Part shown: piece after piece, positions 53,904 through 63,140 of the stretch
Layout of the letters: each line of letters opens with the position of its first letter
Position numbering within the stretch: position 1 is the first letter of the stretch
Source of the DNA: Vulcanimicrobiota bacterium
GTDB taxonomy: Bacteria; Vulcanimicrobiota; Vulcanimicrobiia; Vulcanimicrobiales; Vulcanimicrobiaceae
Assembly (NCBI GenBank): GCA_963795855.1
Contig: CAWCIZ010000005.1
Coordinates: forward strand, 1-64,000
Direction: 5' to 3'
Length of the DNA stretch: 64,000 nt
Made by a program: the position numbers and the translations under genes
The notes under the pieces: model-generated
Databases searched by the model: none
What the model saw: only the letters and a program-made list of their open reading frames with translations
What the model was told of the DNA's origin: nothing

Positions 53904-55307
53904 TCAATGAATACGCGGCAAACGCACGCGCATCAGCGTGCCGCCGCCCTCCGGGCGTTCGGCATCCACGCGTCCGCCGTGCACGCGCGCGATCGAACGC
54001 ACGATGGCAAGGCCCAGTCCCGTCCCGGGGACTTCACGCGTTCGCGATTTATCCGTGCGGTAGAATCGATCGAAGATCAGCGGCAGCTCGCCGGGATCGA
54101 TGCCCGGACCGGTGTCCTGTACTTCTGCGAGGGCTTCCCCGTTCGACGCGCGCACGCGAACCGTGACGCCGCCGCGTTCGGTAAATTTGATCGCATTGTC
54201 GATGAGGTTGGTGATCATCTGCCGGACCAGCGCCGCATCGCCGTCGACGATCGGCGACTCGCCGTCCGCTTCCAGGCGCAAATCCAACCCTTTGTCGCCC
54301 GCACGCTGAGACGTCGCGTTCACCGCATCGCGCGCAACCGCCGCCAATGAAAACGGCTCTTTGGGAATCGCTTCACCGGAATCGGCTTTCGCGAGCGTGA
54401 GCATGCCGTTGACCATGTCGGCGAGCGACGCGCTTTCCGCGATGATGGTCTGCAAACTTTCCTTGCGCACGGTTTCGTCGCGATCGCCCCAACGCGCCAG
54501 CATCTGCGCGTTTGCGTTGATCGACGTCAACGGCGTTTTGAGTTCGTGGGACGCATCGGAAATGAACTGACGTTCGCGCGCGAACGCTTCTTCCAAACGG
54601 GCGAGCAGATCGTCGAACGTTTCTGCGAGCCGGCCCACTTCGTCTCGCCGCCCCTTCCAACGCAGACGGCGGTGCAGTCCTTCCGACCCCATCCCGCGCA
54701 TCGCTGCGGCGAGTTCGTTGATTGGCGTCGTAATCTGTGAGGCTAGCACGAATGAAACGAAAGTTACGGCGACGATCGCGATCAGCAAAATGACGGCGAT
54801 GGACCACTCCGTCTGCCGGAACGCACGATAGAGCTGATCGAGCGGCTCGCCGACCTGTACGACCAGCGCGTGGTTCGCGCTGATCAGTACTTGCGCGGCG
54901 ACGAGAAACGGGCGTCCGTCTACCGCGACCTCACGCATCGTCGCAGGCGTCGCCGGCGTTACGCCAGGATTGCCGAACGTCGGTATCGCGCCCATGTTGA
55001 AACTTTTCGCAACGGGATAGCCGCGCACGTCGTCGACTTCGACGAACGTGCTCGTCGACGACCACCGCTCCAGATTGTCCGGATTCTCGAGCAGCAGCAG
55101 CGAATCGCCGCCCTCGGTGAACAGAAACGAATTGGGCGAGGGAGCCGCCGCGGTGCGAATGTCGGCGAGCGTCGATGCGACGTGATCGCGCGCCTGCGTT
55201 CGCAGAATGGACTCGAACCGCATCGTGATCGCGACCCCGAGCGCAACCGCCACGACGACGAGCAGCAGCGCATACCAGACGGTAATGCGCCACCGTAACG
55301 AACTCAT
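53904..55307 (-). CDS. HAMP sensor histidine kinase
   Basis: DASHELKTPL, NLIDNAIKF, GTGLGLAI. Confidence 0.95.
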   Translation of the reverse strand: MSSLRWRITVWYALLLVVVAVALGVAITMRFESILRTQARDHVASTLADIRTAAAPSPNSFLFTEGGDSLLLLENPDNLERWSSTSTFVEVDDVRGYPVAKSFNMGAIPTFGNPGVTPATPATMREVAVDGRPFLVAAQVLISANHALVVQVGEPLDQLYRAFRQTEWSIAVILLIAIVAVTFVSFVLASQITTPINELAAAMRGMGSEGLHRRLRWKGRRDEVGRLAETFDDLLARLEEAFARERQFISDASHELKTPLTSINANAQMLARWGDRDETVRKESLQTIIAESASLADMVNGMLTLAKADSGEAIPKEPFSLAAVARDAVNATSQRAGDKGLDLRLEADGESPIVDGDAALVRQMITNLIDNAIKFTERGGVTVRVRASNGEALAEVQDTGPGIDPGELPLIFDRFYRTDKSRTREVPGTGLGLAIVRSIARVHGGRVDAERPEGGGTLMRVRLPRIH

Positions 55308-55310
55308 CGG

Positions 55311-55991
55311 CTAATCTTTGATCGTATAACCGACGCCGCGCACGGTGGTGATCAGTTTCTCGTCAAAGCCTTCATCGATCTTGCCGCGCAGATACCGGAT
55401 GTAGACGTCGATCAAATTCGAGTCGCCGAGGAAATCGCTGCCCCAAACGCCGTTGAAAAGCTCGTCGCGGGTATGCACCTTGTTCCGGTGCAGCAGCAGA
55501 TACTCCAGCAGCGCGTATTCTTTTGCCGTCAGCGCGATTTCTTTGCCGTCGCGGCGCACTTCATGGCGGTCGCGATCCATGATCAGGTCCCGATAGACGA
55601 TCACGTTTTCCGCCGGCTGTTTGTCGCGCAGCCGCGCGCGCACGCGAGCCAGCAGTTCTTCGGTCGAAAAGGGCTTTGTGAGATAGTCGTCCGCACCGAT
55701 GTCCAAACCGGCGACGCGTTCGGGCACGCGATCTTTCGCGGTCAGCATGATGATCGGCACGCGGCTCTTCGCGCGCACGCGTTTGCAGACTTCCATGCCG
55801 TCCATACGCGGAAGCATGAGGTCGAGGAGAATGAGGTCGGGCTCCTTGAGCGCCAGTTCCAAACCGGCAAGGCCGTCGCGCGCTACGGCGACGCGGTACC
55901 CTTCATGTTCGAGTTCCAACTGCAGCACGCGGCTGATCGCCGCATCGTCTTCAATGACGAGAATGTTGTGCGCGCGCGCCGTCTTCTCCAT
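55311..55991 (-). CDS. OmpR-family response regulator
   Basis: LDLMLP, GADDYLTKPF, TVRGVGY. Confidence 0.95.
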   Translation of the reverse strand: MEKTARAHNILVIEDDAAISRVLQLELEHEGYRVAVARDGLAGLELALKEPDLILLDLMLPRMDGMEVCKRVRAKSRVPIIMLTAKDRVPERVAGLDIGADDYLTKPFSTEELLARVRARLRDKQPAENVIVYRDLIMDRDRHEVRRDGKEIALTAKEYALLEYLLLHRNKVHTRDELFNGVWGSDFLGDSNLIDVYIRYLRGKIDEGFDEKLITTVRGVGYTIKD

Positions 55992-56000
55992 ACGGTAGAG

Positions 56001-56375
56001 TTATCGGCGCGTCGCTCGCTGATACCCCGCCGCTCCGGTTAAATTCAACTGAGAAATCCAAAACGTCGCGCCGCCGCCGAGCGCGATCCAGAACAGGGTG
56101 CCAGGCTGCGAGAAGAACGCCAGAGCCTGATTACCGATGGACTCCGCCGAAGCGACTTCATGCGCTCCGCTGCCGCGCAGGACGAAGATCAGCAGCCATA
56201 CCATCGCGGCGCAAAGGGCGCCGTACAGCCACACTTCCCACGGCGGCACCGACGCGGCCACGGGCACGCGGTAAATGGTCGAGGCCAGAATCGACTGGCG
56301 CAGATCCGCCGGCGGCTCCTCGAGGTCGAGCGCGAAGAGCGCGCGTTCCAGATCTTGATCGTCGTAGCGTTTCAT
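56001..56375 (-). CDS. Putative membrane anti-sigma factor
   Basis: Downstream of ECF sigma; EEPPADLRQSIL followed by two TM helices. Confidence 0.65.
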   Translation of the reverse strand: MKRYDDQDLERALFALDLEEPPADLRQSILASTIYRVPVAASVPPWEVWLYGALCAAMVWLLIFVLRGSGAHEVASAESIGNQALAFFSQPGTLFWIALGGGATFWISQLNLTGAAGYQRATRR

Positions 56376-56470
56376 ATTTTAAGGCGCTCCGTCCTAGACT
56401 GCGCGCCCCCCGCCTTGCGGGGCCCCCGCGATATGGCGCGCATAAACATTCCGGTCGTATGAACTTTCAT
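56368..56470 (-). repeat. Structured start-codon-associated repeat, copy B (contains 32-aa uORF 56470-56372)
   Basis: Homologous to copy A; ATGAAA duplicated at both ends. Confidence 0.85.
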
Positions 56471-57057
56471 CCCTGTACCCCCGCGGTGTCTTGGTTCAAG
56501 ATGCGCCGGAGCTGTTCTTTGGCGCGGAACAAATGCGTCTTTACCGTACCCATCGGCACGCCCAGTACGTTTGCGATTTCGTCGTACTGCTGCCCTTGCA
56601 GATGATACAGCGTGATGACGGTGCGGTACTTTTCGGGAAGTGCGGCGATGGCTTGCCGCAGGCGCTCGGCTTCGTCGTGCGCGATCGCCGTGTTCTCGGG
56701 CCCGGCGGAGGGGTCGGCGCGTTCGGGCAGCTCCTCGTTCGAGAAGCGCTTGCGGCGGGACAGCCGGTCGCAGCAGGCGTGGTAGGTGATTGCGAAGAGC
56801 CACGTCGAGAATTTCGCGCCAGGCTTGAAGGTGCGAAGGCTGCGATAGGCTTTGAAAAACGCTTCTTGCGCCACGTCGCGCGCTTCTTCCACGTCTCGGA
56901 GCGTGCGGTACGCCAAATGGTAAACCGCGCGATCGTACCGCTCTACCAGGGTTGCGAATGCGTCGGAACGCCCCGCGAGCGTCTGGGCCACGAGTGCTTG
57001 GTCCTCAATCAATGACGGCGGGTCGATGAAAGGCGCCTCCGGCAGTACCGCAACCAC
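56467..57057 (-). CDS. ECF sigma factor (SigW-like)
   Basis: DVAQEAFFKAY, FSTWLFAI, GTVKTHLFRA. Start at GTG 57057 or ATG 57066. Confidence 0.9.
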   Translation of the reverse strand: MVAVLPEAPFIDPPSLIEDQALVAQTLAGRSDAFATLVERYDRAVYHLAYRTLRDVEEARDVAQEAFFKAYRSLRTFKPGAKFSTWLFAITYHACCDRLSRRKRFSNEELPERADPSAGPENTAIAHDEAERLRQAIAALPEKYRTVITLYHLQGQQYDEIANVLGVPMGTVKTHLFRAKEQLRRILNQDTAGVQG

Positions 57058-57065
57058 GTCCAACA

Positions 57066-57146
57066 TACGGACAAAGGCTGCGTAGTGTTTCGAACCGTCC
57101 GCCGCCTGGCCCCGCGGCCATGAAACACTGAAGGCGCCGTGCCGTA
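57066..57146. promoter_or_regulatory. Back-to-back SigW-type promoters
   Basis: Plus strand TGAAAC-N16-CGTA (57121-57146); minus strand CGAAAC-N17-CGTA (57092-57066). Confidence 0.75.
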
Positions 57147-57154
57147 TATGGGGC

Positions 57155-58012
57155 ATGCGTTACTCTCGCACCGGCGTAGTGGCCGTGCTGCTCGCAGCCG
57201 AGGTCTTCATTGGGGCAGCGATCGTCTGGGCGCTGGTCGGCCGTAACGGGTGGTCGGTCGGGGCCGCGGGCTTCCGCCCGGTTTCGCAGAGCGCCAAGAC
57301 GTACACGCCCATCGACGCGGGAAGCGCGCCGCACGTCGTCATAGACGATCCGGACTCGCGCGTCGTGATTACGACTTCGACCGACGGCCGGGTACACGTG
57401 ACCGACGACACTCACACCTTCGGTTGGGTTTGGAGTGCTCCGCCCGCACCGCTTACGGTCGACCGGACCAACGAGGGCGTCAGCATTCGCCGAGCCGATC
57501 AGCGCGAGCGAATTGCGTTCCTCGGGATTGATTTCCAGCGTACCGAAGTTGCTCTGCCGTCCGGCGCACTTCTGGAGATCCAGCGTTGCGGCGGAGCCGA
57601 CGTCAGCGGCGTTTCGGGCACGGTGAACGTCCACTCGGTCGACGGTTCGATCGCGCTCACGGGCGTGCATGCAAGTCAAATCAAGATCGCTTCCGACGAC
57701 GGCAGCCTGCACTTGAACGACGTTCGCGTGCCGTCGATTGACGCGGTGACGAGCGACGGATCGATCCGTGCGAATCAGCTTCACGTCGACGGCGGGCGGC
57801 TGCAGACCAGCGATGGTTCGATTCGCGTCGCATTGGCCGACGTGAACCTGCGCGTTTCCGCGCATACCGGCGACGGCAGCATTCGCATCGACGGACGCCG
57901 CCTCGACGAAGATTCAAACTCCACGGAGTATCAGGTCGGCACGGGCGGCAGCTCGCTCGTCGTTTCGACGCAAGACGGAAGCATCCACATCAGCACGAAC
58001 GGAGCCCTTTAG
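57155..58012 (+). CDS. DUF4097 family protein
   Basis: N-terminal TM; repeated (T/S)xDGSI units. Confidence 0.85.
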   Translation: MRYSRTGVVAVLLAAEVFIGAAIVWALVGRNGWSVGAAGFRPVSQSAKTYTPIDAGSAPHVVIDDPDSRVVITTSTDGRVHVTDDTHTFGWVWSAPPAPLTVDRTNEGVSIRRADQRERIAFLGIDFQRTEVALPSGALLEIQRCGGADVSGVSGTVNVHSVDGSIALTGVHASQIKIASDDGSLHLNDVRVPSIDAVTSDGSIRANQLHVDGGRLQTSDGSIRVALADVNLRVSAHTGDGSIRIDGRRLDEDSNSTEYQVGTGGSSLVVSTQDGSIHISTNGAL

Positions 58013-58013
58013 C

Positions 58014-58625
58014 ATGTCCAACAACTCAGACGATTTCGTCGCAACCATCGCGATTCTCGTCATCTTCGGCCTGCCGCTCGCCTACGCGATGGCGAACCGC
58101 TGGTACGCACATCAGGAGCGCTTGGAAATGCTCCGCCGCGGCATGGCGCCGCCGCCCGATCCGAAGTGGTCGAAGGCGATGGGCAAGGCCGCCTGGTGCG
58201 ACCCCATGTACGGCATGCCGCCGGGCGGCGCGCAAAATTTCGACCCGTACGGCGTAATGTACGCGGCGAACCGATCGCTTCGCAAAGGCATCACGCTCGC
58301 GATGATCGGCTTCGCGCTGCTCGTCGGGCTCTCGTTCATCGACCTTGGCCGCCCGGGCCCGTGGCTGCTCGGCGGGCTGATTCCGCTCTTCGTGGGCATC
58401 GCGCAAATCATCATCGCAGTGCTCTCCGGCGCTCGCATCGGCGCGATCAATCTGGGCGGCCAGTGGCCCGGACCGCCCGGCATGCCGCCACCCTCGCAGC
58501 AGCCGCAAACGCCGGGTCAGCAGACCTTCAGCGGCCCCGGCGTGACGCCGGGCGGCTACGCCGGTTGGCGCCCGGGTCCGACGACGGGCCTTGAGAAGCC
58601 GCCGACTCCCCCGGACGTGCGCTAG
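58014..58625 (+). CDS. Membrane protein, DUF6249-like, Pro-rich tail
   Basis: HQERLEMLRRG, SLRKGI, GGLIPLFVGIA. Confidence 0.7.
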   Translation: MSNNSDDFVATIAILVIFGLPLAYAMANRWYAHQERLEMLRRGMAPPPDPKWSKAMGKAAWCDPMYGMPPGGAQNFDPYGVMYAANRSLRKGITLAMIGFALLVGLSFIDLGRPGPWLLGGLIPLFVGIAQIIIAVLSGARIGAINLGGQWPGPPGMPPPSQQPQTPGQQTFSGPGVTPGGYAGWRPGPTTGLEKPPTPPDVR

Positions 58626-58642
58626 AGAGGTTCGTGGAATTT

Positions 58643-58668
58643 AAAAGGCCCGCCGGAGCGGGCCTTTT
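58643..58668. terminator. Bidirectional terminator
   Basis: AAAAGGCCCGC-cgga-GCGGGCCTTTT. Confidence 0.85.
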
Positions 58669-58699
58669 ACTTGCTGCACTTATCCCTTTATCGGAGGGT

Positions 58700-58840
58700 T
58701 CACTTGCAACTGACCAGGGCAATCGCCCATCCAGCCGCAGTTCTTGTGCGGACGAGATAACCGTCCGAAGTCCGGTCGTATACCTGATAGCCCGCTCTGA
58801 GCGCGTCGGCTAACGATTTGAAGACCATCAGACCTGCCAT
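58700..58840 (-). CDS. 46-aa small protein (missed by the ORF track)
   Basis: AAAGGAGG RBS; MAGLMVFKSLADALRAGYQVYDRTSDGYLVRTRTAAGWAIALVSCK; terminator downstream. Confidence 0.75.
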   Translation of the reverse strand: MAGLMVFKSLADALRAGYQVYDRTSDGYLVRTRTAAGWAIALVSCK

Positions 58841-58987
58841 TTTTTCGTGGACCCTCCTTTCCGATATTTGTCGTTGTATACCCTATAACGGCTAATGGTG
58901 TTGAGAAGTTCAGTCAAAGGTCGCAGCTTTTATTAAAAATTTCGTTACGGAAGTATGTCCCGGTAGTTGCGAGAATGCCAAATCGCG

Positions 58988-59794
58988 ATGCCGGCAGTGC
59001 ACGATGTCGTCGTATCGGATACAACGCAGCTCGCGCCCGGCGTGTTCCTCCTTGGTTTTCACGCGCCGGCGCTCGTGGATGTGACGCGGCCCGGTCAGTT
59101 CTTGATGGCGATTCCGCCGGGCGGAGAAAGATGCGCGACCGCCCTTGGCATCTATGAAGCGCAAGGCGAGCGCGCCAGCATACTCTTTTTCGTTTGCGGA
59201 CCGAGAACGCGGGAGCTCGCGGAGTTGCGCGCGGGCGATCATTTTGGTGTTTCCGCTCCTCTCGGTAATGGTTTCACGTTTGACGGTGCCACGGACGTGG
59301 CAATCGTCGCAGGCGGCGTGGGCATTGCGTCCGTGTTGCTTCCGGCCCAAGCCTTGGTCCGATTGGGGAAAAACGTCCGCCTTTTCTACGGCGCCCGGAG
59401 GCGGGATCTGCTCGTGGAAAAAGACCGCTTCGCGCGTGAAGGATGTGACGTGGTTTGCGCCACCGATGACGGCAGCTTCGGCCACCACGGTTTCGTTACC
59501 GAAGCACTCCTTGCGGCGCAGCGCAAACCCGATTTGATTCTCGCTTGCGGACCTTCGCCGATGCTTCGGGCGACCGCATTCGTCGCTGAAGAGCTCGGCG
59601 TCCCGGCGCAGCTCTCGCTCGAAGAAACCTTTGCGTGCGGCGTGGGAGGATGCTGGGGCTGCGTCGTTCCGATCGATCGCGCCAGCGCGCAAGCACCGAG
59701 CTTTCCCGGCGCGGATGCCGGCGGCAGCGATACGGTGTACGCGCGAATTTGTCGCGAGGGACCGGTTTTCTGGGCGCACGAGCTGCGATGGTAG
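58988..59794 (+). CDS. pyrK: Dihydroorotate dehydrogenase electron transfer subunit
   Basis: AGGVGIA, ACGPSPML, CGVGGCWGC..C.EGPVF. Confidence 0.9.
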   Translation: MPAVHDVVVSDTTQLAPGVFLLGFHAPALVDVTRPGQFLMAIPPGGERCATALGIYEAQGERASILFFVCGPRTRELAELRAGDHFGVSAPLGNGFTFDGATDVAIVAGGVGIASVLLPAQALVRLGKNVRLFYGARRRDLLVEKDRFAREGCDVVCATDDGSFGHHGFVTEALLAAQRKPDLILACGPSPMLRATAFVAEELGVPAQLSLEETFACGVGGCWGCVVPIDRASAQAPSFPGADAGGSDTVYARICREGPVFWAHELRW

Positions 59795-60738
59795 ATCTCG
59801 GCGTTCGTATTGGTTCGCTCGAATTACCCGTTCCGACGCTCATGGCCAGCGGTTGTTACGGATCGGGCGAGGAATTTGCGCCGTTTCTGGATCTTTCGCA
59901 GATCGGCGGCGTGGTGCTCAAAAGCGTCACGCGTTTGCCTCGGTTGGGCAATCCGACTCCGCGACTCGTTCAAACGCCCGCGGGACTGCTCAACGCGATC
60001 GGGCTGCAGAATCCCGGAATCGATTGGTATCTCGAACACGACGTCGCGAAGTTTTCGAATCGCCCTTGCAAGATCGTCGGAAGCGTGGCAGGTTTTTCGG
60101 TCGACGACTATGCGTTCGTCGCCGAGCGGCTCGCCGCGCGCAGCGAGATTCACGCGCTCGAAGTGAATATTTCGTGTCCGAACGTCGCGCATGAAGGCGA
60201 AACGTTTGCATGCGATCCGCTGCTGACGTCTCGCGTCGTTAGAGCTGTGCGAAATACAACGGATAAAACCCTCATCGTAAAACTTTCGCCAAACGTCACC
60301 GACATCGCGTCGATCGCGCGCGAAGCGCAGGGTGCAGGCGCGGACGCGCTAGCCGTCGTCAACACCGTGCGCGGCATGGCGATCGACGTGGCCACATGGA
60401 AACCGCGGCTCGGCAATGTGACGGGCGGTCTCTCCGGGCCGGCCATCCGGCCGATTGCCGTGCTCGCGGTGTACGAAGTAGCGCGCGCGGTGACGATTCC
60501 CATCGTCGGGCAGGGCGGCATCGAAACCACTGCCGACGCGCTCGAATTTTTCCTTGCCGGGGCAAGCGCGATCTGCATCGGTACTGCGAACTTCACCGAT
60601 CCGCGGATTCCCGTGCGCATCGTCGAAGAGTTGCGCGCATACCTAGCGCAGCGCGGGGCCGGGTCGATTCGCGAAATCGTCGGTAAAGCCAACGTCGGCG
60701 TCGCGAATCCGTTTCAGTACGAAGGAGATGAGGGCTGA
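59788..60738 (+). CDS. pyrD: Dihydroorotate dehydrogenase B catalytic subunit
   Basis: NAIGLQNPG, NISCPN, KLSPNV, GGLSGPAI. Confidence 0.95.
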   Translation: MVDLGVRIGSLELPVPTLMASGCYGSGEEFAPFLDLSQIGGVVLKSVTRLPRLGNPTPRLVQTPAGLLNAIGLQNPGIDWYLEHDVAKFSNRPCKIVGSVAGFSVDDYAFVAERLAARSEIHALEVNISCPNVAHEGETFACDPLLTSRVVRAVRNTTDKTLIVKLSPNVTDIASIAREAQGAGADALAVVNTVRGMAIDVATWKPRLGNVTGGLSGPAIRPIAVLAVYEVARAVTIPIVGQGGIETTADALEFFLAGASAICIGTANFTDPRIPVRIVEELRAYLAQRGAGSIREIVGKANVGVANPFQYEGDEG

Positions 60739-61472
60739 TGTCTTCGCTGGTCGTTGCGCTCGACGTGCCCGATGCGGATGAGGCGGAGCGGCTCATCGAC
60801 GCGCTGTACGAACTGGACCCGATCTTCAAAGTCGGCATGGAACCGCTCTACGGATACGGCGAGCGCATCTTTTCATACATGCAAGCGCGCGACGTGCGTC
60901 ACTTCATCGACGCGAAACTTCACGACATACCCCGAACGGTCGCCGCGGCGGTCAAACAGCTGGTTCGCCACGGCACGCATATCGTCAACGTGCACGCGCT
61001 CGGCGGCGCGGAAATGATGCGTGCCGCCGTCCAGGCATCGAACGAGCGCGCCGACGAACTCGGCGCCGCCCGTCCGCACGTATTCGCCGTAACGGTGCTC
61101 ACAAGCATGAGTGAAAGCGATCTTCTCGATGTCGGACTCGGCGGAGATCCGCTCGAAAACGCGATGCGGCTTGCACGTTTGGCCAAAGATTCCGGTTGCT
61201 CCGGCGTCGTGTGCAGCGCGCACGAGACGCGCGAATTGAAAGGCGCGCTGGGGCACGATTTTCTCACCCTCACTCCAGGCATTCGGCCCGCGGGCAGCGC
61301 GCACGGCGATCAAAAGCGCGTGACGACGCCCGCGGATGCGGTTCGCGCGGGCGCCGATTATCTCGTCGTCGGACGCCCGATTACCGGAGCACGCGATCCG
61401 TTTGCCGCGGCGAAAGCGATTCTGGACGAGATGCGATCCGTTGCCGTCACGGCATCGAAGGGGCAAGCATGA
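60738..61472 (+). CDS. pyrF: Orotidine-5'-phosphate decarboxylase
   Basis: DAKLHDIPRTV, TPGIRP, VVGRPIT. Confidence 0.95.
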   Translation: MSSLVVALDVPDADEAERLIDALYELDPIFKVGMEPLYGYGERIFSYMQARDVRHFIDAKLHDIPRTVAAAVKQLVRHGTHIVNVHALGGAEMMRAAVQASNERADELGAARPHVFAVTVLTSMSESDLLDVGLGGDPLENAMRLARLAKDSGCSGVVCSAHETRELKGALGHDFLTLTPGIRPAGSAHGDQKRVTTPADAVRAGADYLVVGRPITGARDPFAAAKAILDEMRSVAVTASKGQA

Positions 61473-62048
61473 ACCTGGAGCAAGAACTCAAGGATCGAGG
61501 CGCGCTGCTCGACGGACACTTCCGCCTCAGTTCCGGACGTCACAGCGATCGCTTCATTCAGAAATTTCGCATTCTCGAAGATCCCGCGATGGTCGAACCG
61601 ATTGCGCGCGAAATTGCGGACGCATTCCGCGACCAGCACCCCACGATTGTCGTCAGCGCCGCCGTAGGCGGCATCATCCTCGGCTATGAAGTCGCGCGAG
61701 CGCTCGGCACCAAAGCGGTGTTCGTCGAGAAAGTGGACGGCGTTGCATCGCTGCGCCGCAATTTCCGTATCGAAGCGGCGGATCGCGTGGTGGTCGTTGA
61801 AGACGTCGTAACGACGGGCGGTTCGGTGAAAGAAGTGCTCGACGTCGTCGGCAAAACCGGGGCGCGCGTGCTTGGGGTCGGCGTCATCGTCCGGCGCGGC
61901 CACGCCGACTTCGGCGTGCGTACCCATGCGCTGCTCGACATGCCGATCGTATCCTACGATCCCGCGGAATGTCCGCAGTGCGCGGCTTCCGAACCGATCA
62001 CCGACCCCGGTTCGCGGCGCGCCTCCGCCGCTCACGCGCGCGAGCTGA
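61469..62048 (+). CDS. pyrE: Orotate phosphoribosyltransferase (3' indel removes its stop)
   Basis: GHFRLSSGRHS, VVEDVVTTGGS. Confidence 0.9.
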
Positions 62049-63140
62049 TGAGCCGGCCGGCGGTTCGCAAGCTCGCGCCGTACGTGCCGGGCAAAACGAT
62101 CGAGGAAGTGCGGCGCGATTTGGGCCTGCACCGGATCATCAAACTCGCGTCAAATGAAAATCCGCTCGGCAGTTCGCCGAAAGCCATGGCCGCGCTGCGT
62201 TTTATCGACCGGCTGCATCTGTATCTCGAGGACACGTATCCGGAACTGAAGGAGAAGATCGCGGCGCCGTATGCTCTGCACGCCGAGAACGTCGTGTTGG
62301 GCCACGGGAGCAACGAACTGGTGAACATCGTGTGCGAAACGCTGCTCGAAAGCGGCGACGAAGCGATTATCGCGGCGCCCACGTTTTCGCTTTACAAATT
62401 GGCGACGGCATTGACGGGCGCGGCGGCGATCGAAGTGCCGTTGCGCGAGGGCGAGCACGATTTGAACGCCATGCTCGAGGCGATCACGCCTCGCACGAAG
62501 TCTGATGTTCGTGTGCGATCCCAACAATCCGACCGGCACGGCGATTGCCCGCGAAGCGTGGCGCGGGTTCGTGGCCGCGATTCCGCCGCACGTGACGCTG
62601 CTCGTCGACCAAGCCTATCGCGAATACATGGGCGCGGAGACGCTCGACGCCATCGATCTCGTGCGCGAGCGCCCGAACACGATCGTGTTGCGCACGATGT
62701 CGAAGATCTACGGCCTAGCGTCGCTGCGATTCGGGTACGGTTTCGCCGACGCCGAAACGATCGGCTGGCTCGACCGCGTGCGGCTGCCGTTCAACATCTC
62801 GCGGCCCGCCGCGCTGGGAGCCGCTGGGGCTCTCGACGACGAAGAATTCGTCGCGATGAGCATAGCGGCAAATACTGCGGGCAAGGCTTTCGTCTACAAG
62901 CACTTCGAACGCTTGGGGTTACACGCGTATCCGACCAACGCGAACTTTTATGCCGTCGCAGTGCCCGCTGCCGCACATACGGCCTACATGGACTTGCTGC
63001 ACCGGGGAATCATCGTGCGGTCGGGCGATGCGCTCGGCATGCCGGGCCGCTTACGCATCACGATCGGTGCGCCGGAAGAAAACGCCGCGCTAATCGAAGC
63101 GTTCCAGGAATTGCTGCCGCAATGGCGAGCGGCGGCATAG
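62048..63140 (+). CDS. hisC: Histidinol-phosphate aminotransferase (frameshift ~62500)
   Basis: IKLASNENPLG, PNNPTG, RTMSKIYGLASLRFGY. Confidence 0.9.

Noticed and set aside
15065..62131. Numerous long antisense or alternate-frame ORFs rich in Arg/Ala
   Set aside because: Shadow ORFs expected in high-GC coding DNA; they overlap well-supported genes.
14964..63140. Programmed frameshifting or pseudogenisation of core genes (znuA, purE, RND, GT4, hisC and others)
   Set aside because: No consistent slippery motif, and housekeeping genes are affected; simplest explanation is long-read consensus error.
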